Counted from the first letter of the stretch, positions 26,885 through 36,641 are shown. The stretch: 64,000 bases of DNA from an uncultured Spartobacteria bacterium (GCA_903929475.1 CAIYUV010000236.1:12573-76572); one strand, 5' to 3'. Notes: a model not told the origin generated them from the letters alone. Made by a program: numbers and translations.

Positions 26885-27976
26885 ATGGCAAAAAGGGTTT
26901 CCCATATTCAAACAGACGAGGCGCGTGGAGTGAAGGCCACGAACGGGCATCTTCCTGCCGCTACCGATAGAAAAAGTCAGTGGATATGGATGGCTGAATC
27001 CCCGGCAGTGATGCATCGCACCGATTCCACAGGCGCTCTGGTGGAGGTGAATAAAAGGTGGTGTGAAGTCACTGGCCGCAGCGCCGCGGAAGCGATGGGC
27101 GCTGGTTGGAAATCAATGATTCACCCCGATGACCGCGAGGCTTTGGTCGAGGCATCGGAGCGCTATGTGAGCGAGGCAAACCGGGGTTTTCGCAAGGACG
27201 GATTTTGTTTCGAGTATCGTCTCATGCACAAAGACGGCACATCCGTGCGAATGTGCGCGCGTTGTGCAGAGGAAAGGAGCGAGGACGGTATTCTACATGG
27301 TTTCTGCGGTGCGTCGGTGGAAGTTCCCGAAGGCTCCGCAACTTCCACTACCACGCTGCCACAACACACCGCAGTGGATGATGAATGGCTGAACAGCATC
27401 ATGAAGTTCGCGCCTGTGGGGATGTATCGTATTGATTTGAGCGGTTCCTGCGTGTGGGTGTGTGCGAAGTGGCTGAAAATGACCGGTTGGGCTTTCGAGG
27501 ACGTCATCGGCGATGGCTGGAAGCGAATGATTCACCCCGACGATTTGATCCGGACGACGAAAGAATGGGAAAACGCAGTCAAAAGTTCGATCCCATTTGT
27601 GAGCGAATACCGCTACTTGAAACCCGATGGCACTGCATTTTGGGTCTATTCGCGGGTTGCAGAGCAGCGCGACGAGCGAGGTGCATTGACAGGCTACGTG
27701 GGTGTCGTGGTGGACATCAGCCAATTGCGCCAGAAAGACGGTAGCAAAAAAATGAGCGAACGTGCGCTGACGAAAATCAAAGCGCTCTCAAAGCGGGAGA
27801 ATGACGTGGTGCGGCTGCTGCGTGCCGGGCTACCCAACAAACAGATAGCGTCGTGTCTTGGATTGAGTGTCCGCACCGTGGAGGCGCATCGCCTGCGCAT
27901 CATGCGCAAACTGGGGTTCCGCACACTCGCGGAGTTGCTGCAATACGCGATGCAACGCGACACGCGCGCGGAATAA
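26885..27976 (+). CDS. PAS-PAS-LuxR family transcriptional regulator
   Basis: Two PAS-like blocks (GWKSMIHPDDREAL and GWKRMIHPDDLIRT with following beta-sheet regions). C-terminal LuxR HTH (LSKRENDVVRLLRAGLPNKQIASCLGLSVRTVEAHRLRIMRKLG). Confidence 0.8.
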   Translation: MAKRVSHIQTDEARGVKATNGHLPAATDRKSQWIWMAESPAVMHRTDSTGALVEVNKRWCEVTGRSAAEAMGAGWKSMIHPDDREALVEASERYVSEANRGFRKDGFCFEYRLMHKDGTSVRMCARCAEERSEDGILHGFCGASVEVPEGSATSTTTLPQHTAVDDEWLNSIMKFAPVGMYRIDLSGSCVWVCAKWLKMTGWAFEDVIGDGWKRMIHPDDLIRTTKEWENAVKSSIPFVSEYRYLKPDGTAFWVYSRVAEQRDERGALTGYVGVVVDISQLRQKDGSKKMSERALTKIKALSKRENDVVRLLRAGLPNKQIASCLGLSVRTVEAHRLRIMRKLGFRTLAELLQYAMQRDTRAE

Positions 27977-28055
27977 GTCACACATTCGCAGTCGCAAAAT
28001 CTTTACGTATTTTTGCGGGCTATGTTTTTTGAACACTCGCGGTAGTGTTGCATGA

Positions 28056-28391
28056 ATGACACGCCGAAGTATCAGAGCCTATTGCCCTAAATGTCGGCAC
28101 CAACAGCCCTTTCTCCCTGCGCAATCCCACTGGAAGATGAATCTGATTTTGACCGTGCTCACATGTGGTCTTTGGATCGTCTGTGTCATCTCCATGATCG
28201 TGAAGCGATGGATCTGGCCGTGGCGCTGCGAGCATTGCGGATGGCATGAACCAGATTTTCGTAGCCCTGACGAGCGCTCTGCTGGCGAGCCAACACGGAA
28301 ACCACGCAGCGGGATGACGGAGAGCGGCAGATTCCGCACAGCGGATATTGAAAAACCACGACCAAGCTCGATTGGCAGGCCGCCGGCCTAG
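28056..28391 (+). CDS. hypothetical zinc-ribbon membrane protein
   Basis: 111 aa. CPKC and CEHC pairs flank a hydrophobic hairpin (LILTVLTCGLWIVCVISMIV). No family recognised. Confidence 0.4.
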   Translation: MTRRSIRAYCPKCRHQQPFLPAQSHWKMNLILTVLTCGLWIVCVISMIVKRWIWPWRCEHCGWHEPDFRSPDERSAGEPTRKPRSGMTESGRFRTADIEKPRPSSIGRPPA

Positions 28392-29051
28392 TTATTCAGC
28401 ACCGGGTGCGCTTTTCGCCACGGTTTCGCGCGCGACTTTCGCCACGTAGCGTAGCGCGAGGATGGCGGCGATGAGGCCGATGACCGGGAGCGCGTATTCG
28501 AGCGGGCTGTGCGGGCGGCCTTTTCCAACGAGGTCCGACAGCGCGCCATTGAAAGTGGAGCCCATCCACGTGAAAAGCGCGTTGGGTGCGGCGACGGCGA
28601 GCATCGTTGCGCCGAAGTAGGGCCAGAATACGATGGGCGTGAGACCGTAGCAGTAGTTCGCGAGGCCAAACGGAATCGGCACGAAGCGCAGCAGCACGAT
28701 GATTTTCCAGCCGCCTTGCTCGATGGCTTTTTCGATCACGCGGAACTTCACGTTGTTGCCGAGCTTGCGGGTGACAAAGCCGCGCGCGAAATGGCGTGAG
28801 ATGAGGAAATTGATCGTCGCGCCTGCTGCACAACCGAACATCAACCCGGACCAGCCGAGCGCGAAACCGAAGAACAGCCCTGCCGCCATTCCCATCGGCG
28901 CGACCGGCACCATGAAGAGCTGCGCGACGACAAACATCCCTGCGAACGCAATCATGCCGAGCCAGCCGAGCGCGAGGAGGGAGTGCTGTGTGGATTCGAG
29001 GAAAGCGACGAGTTGCTGAAGCATGGGCGCGGGATAAAGAGCGGGCCGCAC
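28392..29051 (-). CDS. TVP38/TMEM64 (DedA-related) membrane protein
   Basis: 219 aa, polytopic, with family-typical VLLRFVPIPFGLANYCYGLT. Confidence 0.8.
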   Translation of the reverse strand: MRPALYPAPMLQQLVAFLESTQHSLLALGWLGMIAFAGMFVVAQLFMVPVAPMGMAAGLFFGFALGWSGLMFGCAAGATINFLISRHFARGFVTRKLGNNVKFRVIEKAIEQGGWKIIVLLRFVPIPFGLANYCYGLTPIVFWPYFGATMLAVAAPNALFTWMGSTFNGALSDLVGKGRPHSPLEYALPVIGLIAAILALRYVAKVARETVAKSAPGAE

Positions 29052-29076
29052 GCTCTGCGGCGAGCGGGAATTTTCG

Positions 29077-30429
29077 CTACGAGCCGGGAAGAGCGATCCC
29101 TTTCACGCGACGGTAGAGCGCGACGGCGTAGCTGTCCGTCATGCCGCTCACGAAATCGAGCATCGGCATCAAGCGCGCATACGGCCCGGCTTCGCGCGCG
29201 GCGCGGACGCACTCGGAGGGGAGCTGGCTCGCGAGCTTGTGGCTGCGTTTTGCCGCACCGTCGCCGCGTGCGGCGATGTCGTTCACGGCGCTCATGAAAA
29301 TATCGAGCAGCCCGCCGAGCACTTCGTAGCCGGCGATTTCGATCTGCACACCGCGGTCGGTCGCGTAAATCGTCTCGCGGCTCACTTTCTGAATCTCGCC
29401 GAGCGCGGTGGCAGCGGGGATCACATCCACGAGCGCAACGTCGAATTTCCCCGCGAGCAAATCCTCCTCGCTATCGAGAAATGCACTCGTGCATTGCGCC
29501 AGACATTCGCCAATAGCCATCGCTCGCAGCATCTCAATCGCGGCTTTACGTGAAGACATTGAGTCGAGATCGCGTGGGTGCTTGCGCTGCGGGATGATCG
29601 CGAGAAATGCGTCGCGCACGATTTCATAGCTGAGATGGCCGAGGCGCACGCCGTCCTCGAAATCCACGAGCCGGTAGCAAATGTCGTCCGCTGCCTCGAT
29701 GAGAAAAACAAGCGGATGCCGCGCCCAGCATTCCGGTGCCCGCTGGATCAACCCGCAGTGCTGCGCGACCGCCGAGAAGTGTTCGCGCTCACTTTGAAAG
29801 TAACCGAATTTTTTCAAGCTCGCGCCTGTGTGCGGCACAGCACCGATGAGTGAGGCGTGCGGGTATTTTGTGAACGCGCCGAGCGTCGCGCTCGTGAGCT
29901 GAAGACCGCCGGAGTTGTCCGGCATTTGCAACCGCGTGAGGATGCGGAAACCCTGCGCATTGCCTTCGTATCGCTCGATGTCAGCGACCTCCGCCGCGCC
30001 GAGTCCCTTGCGAGCTTCGAGCGCGTGCAGGCTGTTGCTTTTGAACCAGTGCTGAATCGCATCCTCGCCGCTGTGGCCGAATGGCGGATTGCCTAAATCG
30101 TGCCCAAGCGCCGCTGCATGAACAATCGCCCCGAAGTCCGACGGATGCAGCCCCAGCGTGCCGAGCCCGTGCCGCGCACACACCTCCGCGCCGACGCGTG
30201 ATCCAAGCGAGCGACCAACGCTCGCGACCTCCAGCGAGTGAGTGAGCCGCGTGCGCGCGAAATCATTTTCCGCGAGCGGAAAAACCTGCGTCTTGTCCTG
30301 CAAACGCCGGAACGCCGAAGAAAAAATAATACGGTCACTATCGCGCTGAAAATCGGAGCGCGCAGCTTCGCGTCGTCCGGGTTTTGCGCGTCCGAGTCTT
30401 TCTGCGCTGAGGAGCTGTGGCCAGTTCAC
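29077..30429 (-). CDS. dgt: dGTP triphosphohydrolase-like HD-domain protein
   Basis: RSDFQRDSDRIIFSSAFRRLQDKTQVFPL, TRLTHSLEVASVGRSLG, and HD residues HDLGNPPFGH. Confidence 0.88.
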   Translation of the reverse strand: MNWPQLLSAERLGRAKPGRREAARSDFQRDSDRIIFSSAFRRLQDKTQVFPLAENDFARTRLTHSLEVASVGRSLGSRVGAEVCARHGLGTLGLHPSDFGAIVHAAALGHDLGNPPFGHSGEDAIQHWFKSNSLHALEARKGLGAAEVADIERYEGNAQGFRILTRLQMPDNSGGLQLTSATLGAFTKYPHASLIGAVPHTGASLKKFGYFQSEREHFSAVAQHCGLIQRAPECWARHPLVFLIEAADDICYRLVDFEDGVRLGHLSYEIVRDAFLAIIPQRKHPRDLDSMSSRKAAIEMLRAMAIGECLAQCTSAFLDSEEDLLAGKFDVALVDVIPAATALGEIQKVSRETIYATDRGVQIEIAGYEVLGGLLDIFMSAVNDIAARGDGAAKRSHKLASQLPSECVRAAREAGPYARLMPMLDFVSGMTDSYAVALYRRVKGIALPGS

Positions 30430-30551
30430 GTGAAACGAATGACGGATGCCCGCCTATGAATGAAGCGAAATCTTAGCACGCCACCTTACTGGTGTTGGTC
30501 GCGATGAAACCGCAGGGTTGCGCGGCTCATGCGTTTGGCTAGGCTCCGGCC

Positions 30552-30788
30552 ATGAGCACGCTTCACGAAATCAAAGCCGCCGCAGCGACGCTTCCGGCGG
30601 AGGATCGCAGCGAATTGGTCGTATGGCTGAGTGAATCAAAAGACGTGTGGGAAATTCGGAGGGAGCAGTTGCGCCGCGAAATCAAAATCGGGTTGGACGA
30701 AATTGAGCGTGGTGAGGTCGCACCGCTAGACATGGCCGAGATCAAGCGCAAGGCCCGCGCCCGGTTTGAAGCCGAGAGCCGGAACTGA
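30552..30788 (+). CDS. type II antitoxin (ParD/addiction-module component-like)
   Basis: 78 aa. Its stop shares 1 nt with the parE ATG (TGATG at 30786-30790). Confidence 0.7.
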   Translation: MSTLHEIKAAAATLPAEDRSELVVWLSESKDVWEIRREQLRREIKIGLDEIERGEVAPLDMAEIKRKARARFEAESRN

Positions 30789-31078
30789 TGGCGACGGTTG
30801 CTCGCAGTTCGCGCGCGGAAACGGATCTCATTGAAATATGGGGAGCCATCGCGAAGGAAGATACGAATGCAGCAGACCGCCAGCTCGACCGCATAGATGC
30901 CGCTTGCGAAATGCTCGCGAGAAATCCGCACGGCGGCCCGCAACGGGAAGACCTTGCGCACGGCCTTCGGTTTTATCCCGTCGGGAACTATCTGATTTTC
31001 TACACGCTCGGAGATAGCGGAATCACGGTGGTGCGAGTGCTCCACGGCGCGCGGGATTATCCGCGCGAATTCCAGTAG
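30788..31078 (+). CDS. parE: type II toxin, ParE/RelE family
   Basis: 96 aa. AETDLIEIWGAIAKED, YLIFYTLGDSGITVVRVLHGARDYP. Confidence 0.85.
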   Translation: MATVARSSRAETDLIEIWGAIAKEDTNAADRQLDRIDAACEMLARNPHGGPQREDLAHGLRFYPVGNYLIFYTLGDSGITVVRVLHGARDYPREFQ

Positions 31079-31091
31079 GCGAATAGCGCCA

Positions 31092-33023
31092 CTATTTCAC
31101 CAGTGACTCCCACTCGGCGGTGGTGCGTTCGAGTTCCTGCTGCACTTTGAGGAGTTCGCGGTTGAGGGCCATGGCGCGGCCGTTCGCGTAAGTATCGGGT
31201 GCTTCGAGTTCGGCGGTGAGGGACTTTTGCAGCCCTTCGAGTTCGTGGATTTTAGCCTCCATGTCCTTCACCATCTGCGCGCGTTCGCGCACGGCTTTGG
31301 CCTCGGCTTTGCGCTGCTCGGCCTCGGCGCGCTTCTGTTCTTTTTGCTCGCGGAGGCCGGGGCCGCGCTGGGCGGGGGTGGCGTCGGCTTCAGTCGGACG
31401 GGAGTCGGTGAGTTGTTCGCCAGCGGTGAGCGCGGCGCGGGCGGAAGTGGCGCACGTTTTATCGAGGTAATACTGGTAGTCGCCCGCGTAGGGTGTGAGT
31501 TGCCCGGCGCTGATGTGCAGCGTGGATTTTGCGAGCGAGCGGATGAAATGCACGTCGTGGCTGATGAAAATGAGCGTGCCCTCGTATTGTTCGAGCGCGC
31601 CGAGGAGCGCATCAATACTGCCGATGTCGAGGTGCGTCGTCGGCTCGTCCATGAGCAGGAGATTCGGCGGATCGAGCAGCAGCTTCACGAGGGCGAGACG
31701 CGACTTTTCACCACCGCTGAGCACGGCGACGGGTTTGAAAACATCGTCGCCCGTGAAAAGGAACGAGCCGAGCACCGTGCGCGCGGTTTGTTCGCCGACG
31801 GGGTTTGGCGAATCGAGCACGGCTTCGAGCACGGTGTGGCGGCCGTTCAGCATCTCTACGCGATGCTGCGCGAAGTAGCCGACTTTCACATTGTGCCCGA
31901 GTTCACGCGTCCCGGCCTGCGGCTCCAGCACGCCAGCGAGCAATTTAAGCAGCGTGGATTTCCCAGCGCCGTTCGGCCCCACGAGCACGGTGCGCTGTCC
32001 GCGCTCGGCCTCGAAATTCAGCCCGCGATAGACGGTCATCTCGCCGTAGGAAAAATCCACATCCTTCAGCCGAATCGCGCGCACGCCGCTGCGGGGCGGC
32101 TGCGGAAAGCTAAAGTTGATGGTCTTCTGCGCAGCCTGCGGCGCTTCGATTTTTTCCATCCGGTCAATTTGCTTCAGCTTGCTCTGCGCCTGCGAAGCTT
32201 TGCTGGCCTTGGCGCGGAAGCGGTCGGCGAACTCCTGCAACGACGCGATTTCCTTCTGCTGATTTTTAAAGGCGGAGAGCTGCTGTTCCTCACGCGCGGC
32301 TTTTTCGCGCACGTAATCGTCCCAGTTTCCGCGATAGCGATTGAGGCGTGAGTGGGCGATTTCCACGATGCTGCCGACGAGCTGGTTCAGAAACTCGCGG
32401 TCGTGCGAGATCATCAAAATCGAGCCTGGATAATTGCGAAGATATTCCTGGAACCACACGAGCGATTCGAGGTCGAGGTGGTTCGTCGGTTCGTCGAGCA
32501 GGAGCAAATCCGGCTCCATCACGAGCAGTCGCGCGAGGTGCGCGCGCATCACCCAGCCGCCGCTCATCGTGCGCGCTGCGCGATCAAAATCACGTTCGCG
32601 GAACGCAAGCCCCGCGAGGATTTGCTTGGCGCGCGGTTCGAGCTGCCAGCCGCCGAGTTCGCCGAAAGCGTGCATCGCATCGTGGTAGGTCTCGTCGTCC
32701 ACGTGCTCGCCCGCGTCGTGCCGCTTGATCACATCGCGCGCCTTCACCAGCGCAGGGGAAATGGATGTCGCCAGCTCCAGCACCGTCTCGTCGCCAGCAG
32801 GCGCGCTTTCCTGCGGCAGAAAGCCGAAGACCATGTTTTTTTCCATCGAAACACGCCCCTCGTCCGGCGAGGCCTCGCCAAGGATCAGCGAGAAAAGCGT
32901 GGACTTGCCCGCGCCGTTCGGACCGACCAGACCGATGCGGTCGCGACGGTTCACTTGGAGCGAAGCATCGCGGAAAAGTGTGCGGCCAGCGAAGGATTTT
33001 GAGACTTGAGAAAGCGTGAGCAT
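31092..33023 (-). CDS. ABC-F family ATPase (Uup-like, C-terminal coiled coil)
   Basis: Two ABC cassettes (GPNGAGKST twice, LSGGW/LSGGEKSRLAL, LLLLDEPTNHLD/LLLMDEPTTHLD) and no TM domain. ATG at 33023; the track ORF's upstream extension is REP-derived. Confidence 0.9.
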   Translation of the reverse strand: MLTLSQVSKSFAGRTLFRDASLQVNRRDRIGLVGPNGAGKSTLFSLILGEASPDEGRVSMEKNMVFGFLPQESAPAGDETVLELATSISPALVKARDVIKRHDAGEHVDDETYHDAMHAFGELGGWQLEPRAKQILAGLAFRERDFDRAARTMSGGWVMRAHLARLLVMEPDLLLLDEPTNHLDLESLVWFQEYLRNYPGSILMISHDREFLNQLVGSIVEIAHSRLNRYRGNWDDYVREKAAREEQQLSAFKNQQKEIASLQEFADRFRAKASKASQAQSKLKQIDRMEKIEAPQAAQKTINFSFPQPPRSGVRAIRLKDVDFSYGEMTVYRGLNFEAERGQRTVLVGPNGAGKSTLLKLLAGVLEPQAGTRELGHNVKVGYFAQHRVEMLNGRHTVLEAVLDSPNPVGEQTARTVLGSFLFTGDDVFKPVAVLSGGEKSRLALVKLLLDPPNLLLMDEPTTHLDIGSIDALLGALEQYEGTLIFISHDVHFIRSLAKSTLHISAGQLTPYAGDYQYYLDKTCATSARAALTAGEQLTDSRPTEADATPAQRGPGLREQKEQKRAEAEQRKAEAKAVRERAQMVKDMEAKIHELEGLQKSLTAELEAPDTYANGRAMALNRELLKVQQELERTTAEWESLVK

Positions 33024-33086
33024 CGGAGCGAAAAGGCGCGGAATGTGTGCGGGGAGGCCGCGCTGCGCAAGCCTGCTTGGCATTTG

Positions 33087-33182
33087 AATTTGGAAGGCAG
33101 GAAGGCAGGAAAGAAGTCGGGTGCGTCCGCTCCCCACGATCACAATGCATTTTTCTTTTCCTGCCTTCCTGCCTTCCAAATT
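33087..33182. repeat. perfect 26-bp inverted repeat (GGAAGGCA-type REP hairpin)
   Basis: aatttggaaggcaggaaggcaggaaa (33087-33112) is the exact reverse complement of tttcctgccttcctgccttccaaatt (33157-33182), with a 44-nt spacer. It lies in the divergent ABC-F/dnaX intergenic region. Confidence 0.85.
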
Positions 33183-33377
33183 AGAACACAACCCGGCGGT
33201 GGATGATGGTTCTTTTTAAGCAGGGAACCATGAACGCAGGAATTTCCCTTCTTGGTTTCATGGCTTCCTGCTTCTCCGTGTTTCAAATTGTGCCACTACG
33301 CATCGACGAAATTTTTTCGCGGGCGCGACGTTCAAAACCGCTTCCCACACGCGCATCCGCCGACTACGGATCGGCGC

Positions 33378-35111
33378 GTGAGCTACACCGTATTCGCCCG
33401 TAAATACCGCCCTCAGAAATTCGACGACGTGCTCGGCCAGGAGCACATCACCCGCACGTTGCGCAATGCCATCGAGCAAAACCGCATCGCACACGCCTAC
33501 ATTTTCGTCGGCCCGCGCGGCACGGGGAAGACCTCCACGGCGCGCATTTTCGCCAAGGCGCTGAACTGCACCGGCGGACCAAAGGCGGACTTTGATGTGA
33601 ACGACGACATCTGCACCGAGATCGCCGAGGGGCGCTCGCTCGACGTCATCGAGATTGACGGCGCGAGCAACAACGGCGTCGAGCAAGTGCGTGAACTGCG
33701 CGACAACGTCCGCTTCGCACCGGCGCGCGGGAAATTCAAAATCTACATTATTGACGAGGTGCACATGCTCTCCACGCAGGCGTTCAACGCGCTGCTCAAG
33801 ACGCTCGAAGAGCCGCCGGCCCACGCGAAATTCATGCTCGCCACCACCGACGTGCAGAAAGTGCTCCCCACCATCCTAAGCCGCTGCCAGCGCTTCGACC
33901 TCCGCCGCATCCCCACCGCCACCATCGCAAAACACCTGCTGTGGATCGCCACGCAGGAAAACTTCACGCTCGATCCCGCCGCCGCCGAAGCCGTCGCTCG
34001 CGGCGCGGAGGGCGGCTTACGCGATGCCGAGTCCATGCTCGATCAGCTCGTCGCCTTTTGCGGCGCGCACATCGCGGAGACGGACGTGCTCAGCATCTTC
34101 GGCTTCACCGGCACACAGACCGTCGCGCACCTCTGCGATTGTATTTTGAAAGCAGACGCCTCCGCCGCGCTCGGCACGCTGCACGAGCAGGCCGAGGCGG
34201 GAAAAGACCTCAGCCGCCTGATGGGCGATCTCATTTCGCACCTGCGCAATCTCCTCGTGCTGAAAGCCGACCCCGCCGGGCTGGAAGAGGAACTTTCCAG
34301 CGAAGCCATCCAGCTTTTCGCGGAGCAGGCCGACGTGGTTTCCATGGAAAAACTGCTCGGCCTCATCGAGCAATTCGCCGCCGCCGAGGGCCGCATGAAA
34401 TGGGCGCCGAACAAAAAGATGCACTTCGAGGTCGCCGTCATCCGCGCCATCCAGACGCTGCAAAGCGCCACGCTCACCGAAGTGCTCGCCACGCTCACCG
34501 CCATCCGTGGCGGTGCACCGCTGCCAGCCACCCCCGCGCCAGCCGCCCCGCGTCCCATCGCGCCCAAGCCCGCTCCAGCGCCAGTCGCAAAGCCCGCACC
34601 CGTCGCCAAAATTGAACCGCCCGCCGTCGCAGCACCCAAGCCCGCCGCGAAGATCGAGCCGCCCGCGCCGAAACCCGAGCCCACCGCAAAAATCGCCGAG
34701 CCGCCGCCCGCACCTACTCCCGCCAAGCCCGCTCCCGCGCTCGACCCCGCCGCGCTCTGGCCGCAATTCGTCACCGCCGTCCGCCGCGACCGCGCACTCA
34801 TCGCACCGTGGCTGGAATGTGGATCGCTCGTGGAAATCACCGGCACCACCGCCGTCCTCGCCTTCCCCTACGAGCAAGTCTTCGCCAAGGACTGCCTCGC
34901 CAAGGACCACGCCGCTCTCCTTTCGGAAATCCTCAGCAGCGTCGCTGGCCAGCGCCTCACCCTCACCTTTGAAACCCGCTCCGGCATCGTCCCCGCCGCC
35001 GTCGCCACCGAGCCCGAGCCCCCCAAGCGCGACCCGATGGACGAATTCAAAGACGACCCCCTCATCCAAAAAGCCCTCGAAATCTTCAAAGCCGAAATCA
35101 TCCCCGCGTAG
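33378..35111 (+). CDS. dnaX: DNA polymerase III subunit gamma/tau
   Basis: (V)SYTVFARKYRPQKFDDVLGQEHI, GPRGTGKTS, IIDEVHMLS, and a Pro/Ala/Lys-rich tau linker. The likely GTG start at 33378 is an inference; the track ORF starts at 33252. Confidence 0.9.
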   Translation: MSYTVFARKYRPQKFDDVLGQEHITRTLRNAIEQNRIAHAYIFVGPRGTGKTSTARIFAKALNCTGGPKADFDVNDDICTEIAEGRSLDVIEIDGASNNGVEQVRELRDNVRFAPARGKFKIYIIDEVHMLSTQAFNALLKTLEEPPAHAKFMLATTDVQKVLPTILSRCQRFDLRRIPTATIAKHLLWIATQENFTLDPAAAEAVARGAEGGLRDAESMLDQLVAFCGAHIAETDVLSIFGFTGTQTVAHLCDCILKADASAALGTLHEQAEAGKDLSRLMGDLISHLRNLLVLKADPAGLEEELSSEAIQLFAEQADVVSMEKLLGLIEQFAAAEGRMKWAPNKKMHFEVAVIRAIQTLQSATLTEVLATLTAIRGGAPLPATPAPAAPRPIAPKPAPAPVAKPAPVAKIEPPAVAAPKPAAKIEPPAPKPEPTAKIAEPPPAPTPAKPAPALDPAALWPQFVTAVRRDRALIAPWLECGSLVEITGTTAVLAFPYEQVFAKDCLAKDHAALLSEILSSVAGQRLTLTFETRSGIVPAAVATEPEPPKRDPMDEFKDDPLIQKALEIFKAEIIPA

Positions 35112-35218
35112 CGCTAGCCTGCATCTTTTTGTGATGCGAATTGCTCGTGCAGCGTCCCGGGAGTAAGAAAGCCGCAGTGAAAGAACAGCCTCCAGCAAAC
35201 CGCTCGCACTGGCACCGA

Positions 35219-35950
35219 ATGCGTAGTCCTTTTTGGTGGATGCTTGCTATTTTAATCGCAGTAACGGGCTATCAATTATGGTGCGTCCATGATTACCGAG
35301 CCGCAATCCGCGAAGCTGAGGAGGCAGGGTTCATATGGAGGAGCGACGAGACATTCGATCTCATCCGTCAGGATTGGCGTGCCGCATTTCGCAAAGAAAC
35401 ATGGGCACCCCACAAGCGCTTTCTTGTCATTGGAGACTCCTCTCTCGAAGCCAAGATAGTATTGGATCTAGATCCCTATCGCGATTTGATCCACCGCCTC
35501 CGTCCGACAGAATTGGTGATTTACAGATGCAAAAACGTGGATGCCTTAAAGGGGCTCAATAGCTTGCAATGCCTCTGCATCTATTACTGCCACACACTAC
35601 AAAATCTGGACGCCCTAAAAGGACTTACTAGGCTACAAACACTCGAACTCTACTACTGCTACCCTTTGCAAAATGTGGACGCGCTGAAGAGCCTCACTGG
35701 ACTGCAAGAACTCTTCCTCGGCCCGCGTCCCACAGTCCAAAATCTGAACGCACTCAAGGGCCATCGCAGCCTCAAAAAGATCGATATATTCTATTGTCCC
35801 ACGTTGGAGAAAGTGGACGTGCTCAAGGGTCTCACCGGGTTGCAAGAAATCCACTTCGCCACGCATCCGTATATCACCAAAGAATCCATGGATGAACTGC
35901 GTGCCCTTTTGCCAAATACAACCATCGCAGCAGATGTATTTAGAGACTGA
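35219..35950 (+). CDS. membrane-anchored leucine-rich-repeat protein
   Basis: N-terminal TM (FWWMLAILIAVTGYQLW), then about six ~23-aa repeats of the type YYCxxLQNxDALKGLTxLQxLxL. Visibly lower G+C. ATG at 35219 is preferred over the TTG at 35141. Confidence 0.75.
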   Translation: MRSPFWWMLAILIAVTGYQLWCVHDYRAAIREAEEAGFIWRSDETFDLIRQDWRAAFRKETWAPHKRFLVIGDSSLEAKIVLDLDPYRDLIHRLRPTELVIYRCKNVDALKGLNSLQCLCIYYCHTLQNLDALKGLTRLQTLELYYCYPLQNVDALKSLTGLQELFLGPRPTVQNLNALKGHRSLKKIDIFYCPTLEKVDVLKGLTGLQEIHFATHPYITKESMDELRALLPNTTIAADVFRD

Positions 35951-36007
35951 CCTGATCTTCTGCTCTCGCAGCGCAGTTGAAACGCTGAATCACCGCCGGA
36001 GGCGTTG

Positions 36008-36641
36008 ATGGAAATTAGCCGGTGGCGAGCGAAGCGACCCCACCGGAACCGCCAAAAAAAGGCGTGCGCCCCGGATGGGGCGGGGGAAAATGCCGCCATG
36101 CCCTCGACTCATCTCAGCCTGCTGCATTACCACATCATCTTCGCCACGAAGGAACGCCGCCCGTTCATCGCCCTGGAATGGCGGGAACGGCTCCACGCCT
36201 ATCTCGGCGGCGTTCTCCGCGAGATGGACGCCATTCCGCAATGCGTGGGTGGTGTCGCCGACCACATCCATATCCTTGCCGGGTTGAAAGCGACGCATTG
36301 CCTCGCGGATGTGATGCGCGATCTCAAGCGCGCCTCGTCCGAGTGGGTGCATGAGACCATCGGCGACCGCGCGTTTGCGTGGCAGGAGGGCTACGGCGCA
36401 TTCACCGTCAGCGCCTCCATGCGCGAGGGATGTGCGGCATTACATCGAACGGCAGGAGGAGCACCACCGCACACGCACCTTCCGGGAGGAATACATCGAG
36501 TTCCTCCGCAAGAGCGGTGTGGAGTTCGATGAGCGGTATCTGGATTGAACCGCGTGTTCCCGCGCCCCATCCGGGGCGCATCCGGTTTTTTCCGTCCCGA
36601 TCCGGTGGGGTCGCTTCGCTCCGCCACCGGCTAATTTCCAT
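36008..36641 (+). mobile_element. REP-RAYT-REP unit (copy 2, different REP family)
   Basis: The ~80-bp terminal inverted repeats are 36008-36086 and 36559-36641. The outer 40 nt are identical apart from one 1-nt indel, and the inner 18 nt (tgcgccccggatggggcg) are identical. Each arm contains ccggtgg...ccaccgg and cgcccc-ggat-ggggcg hairpins. Confidence 0.8.
36098..36548 (+). pseudogene. REP-associated tyrosine transposase (IS200/Y1 family), frameshifted
   Basis: MPSTHLSLLHYHIIFATKERR, HUH motif ADHIHILAG, WQEGYGAFTVSASMRE. DVRHYIERQEEHHRTRTFREEYIEFLRKSGVEFDERYLD then continues in the +1 frame after the GGG run at 36427-36429. Confidence 0.75.

Noticed and set aside
29077-30429. dGTPase as an anti-phage dNTP-depletion gene, given that it is adjacent to a ParDE module
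   Set aside because: Length and motifs are those of the widespread housekeeping Dgt-like family. Apart from the TA pair there is no island signature, and the call cannot be supported by eye.
34410-34418. Possible dnaX programmed -1 frameshift site (aac aaa aag) for gamma-subunit production
   Set aside because: The heptamer is C AAA AAG rather than A AAA AAG. No downstream hairpin was seen. The -1 frame stays open for about 65 codons instead of terminating at once as in E. coli.
34017-35198. 393-aa ORF antisense to dnaX. Similar long antisense or out-of-frame ORFs occur elsewhere, e.g. 16064..16891, 16696..17475, 21323..22054, 23459..24067, 31227..32351, 43461..43892 and 54047..54712.
   Set aside because: Each lies wholly inside a gene with strong family motifs on the other strand or frame. 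Compositions are Arg/Gly/Ala/Pro-rich, as expected for non-coding frames of high-G+C DNA.
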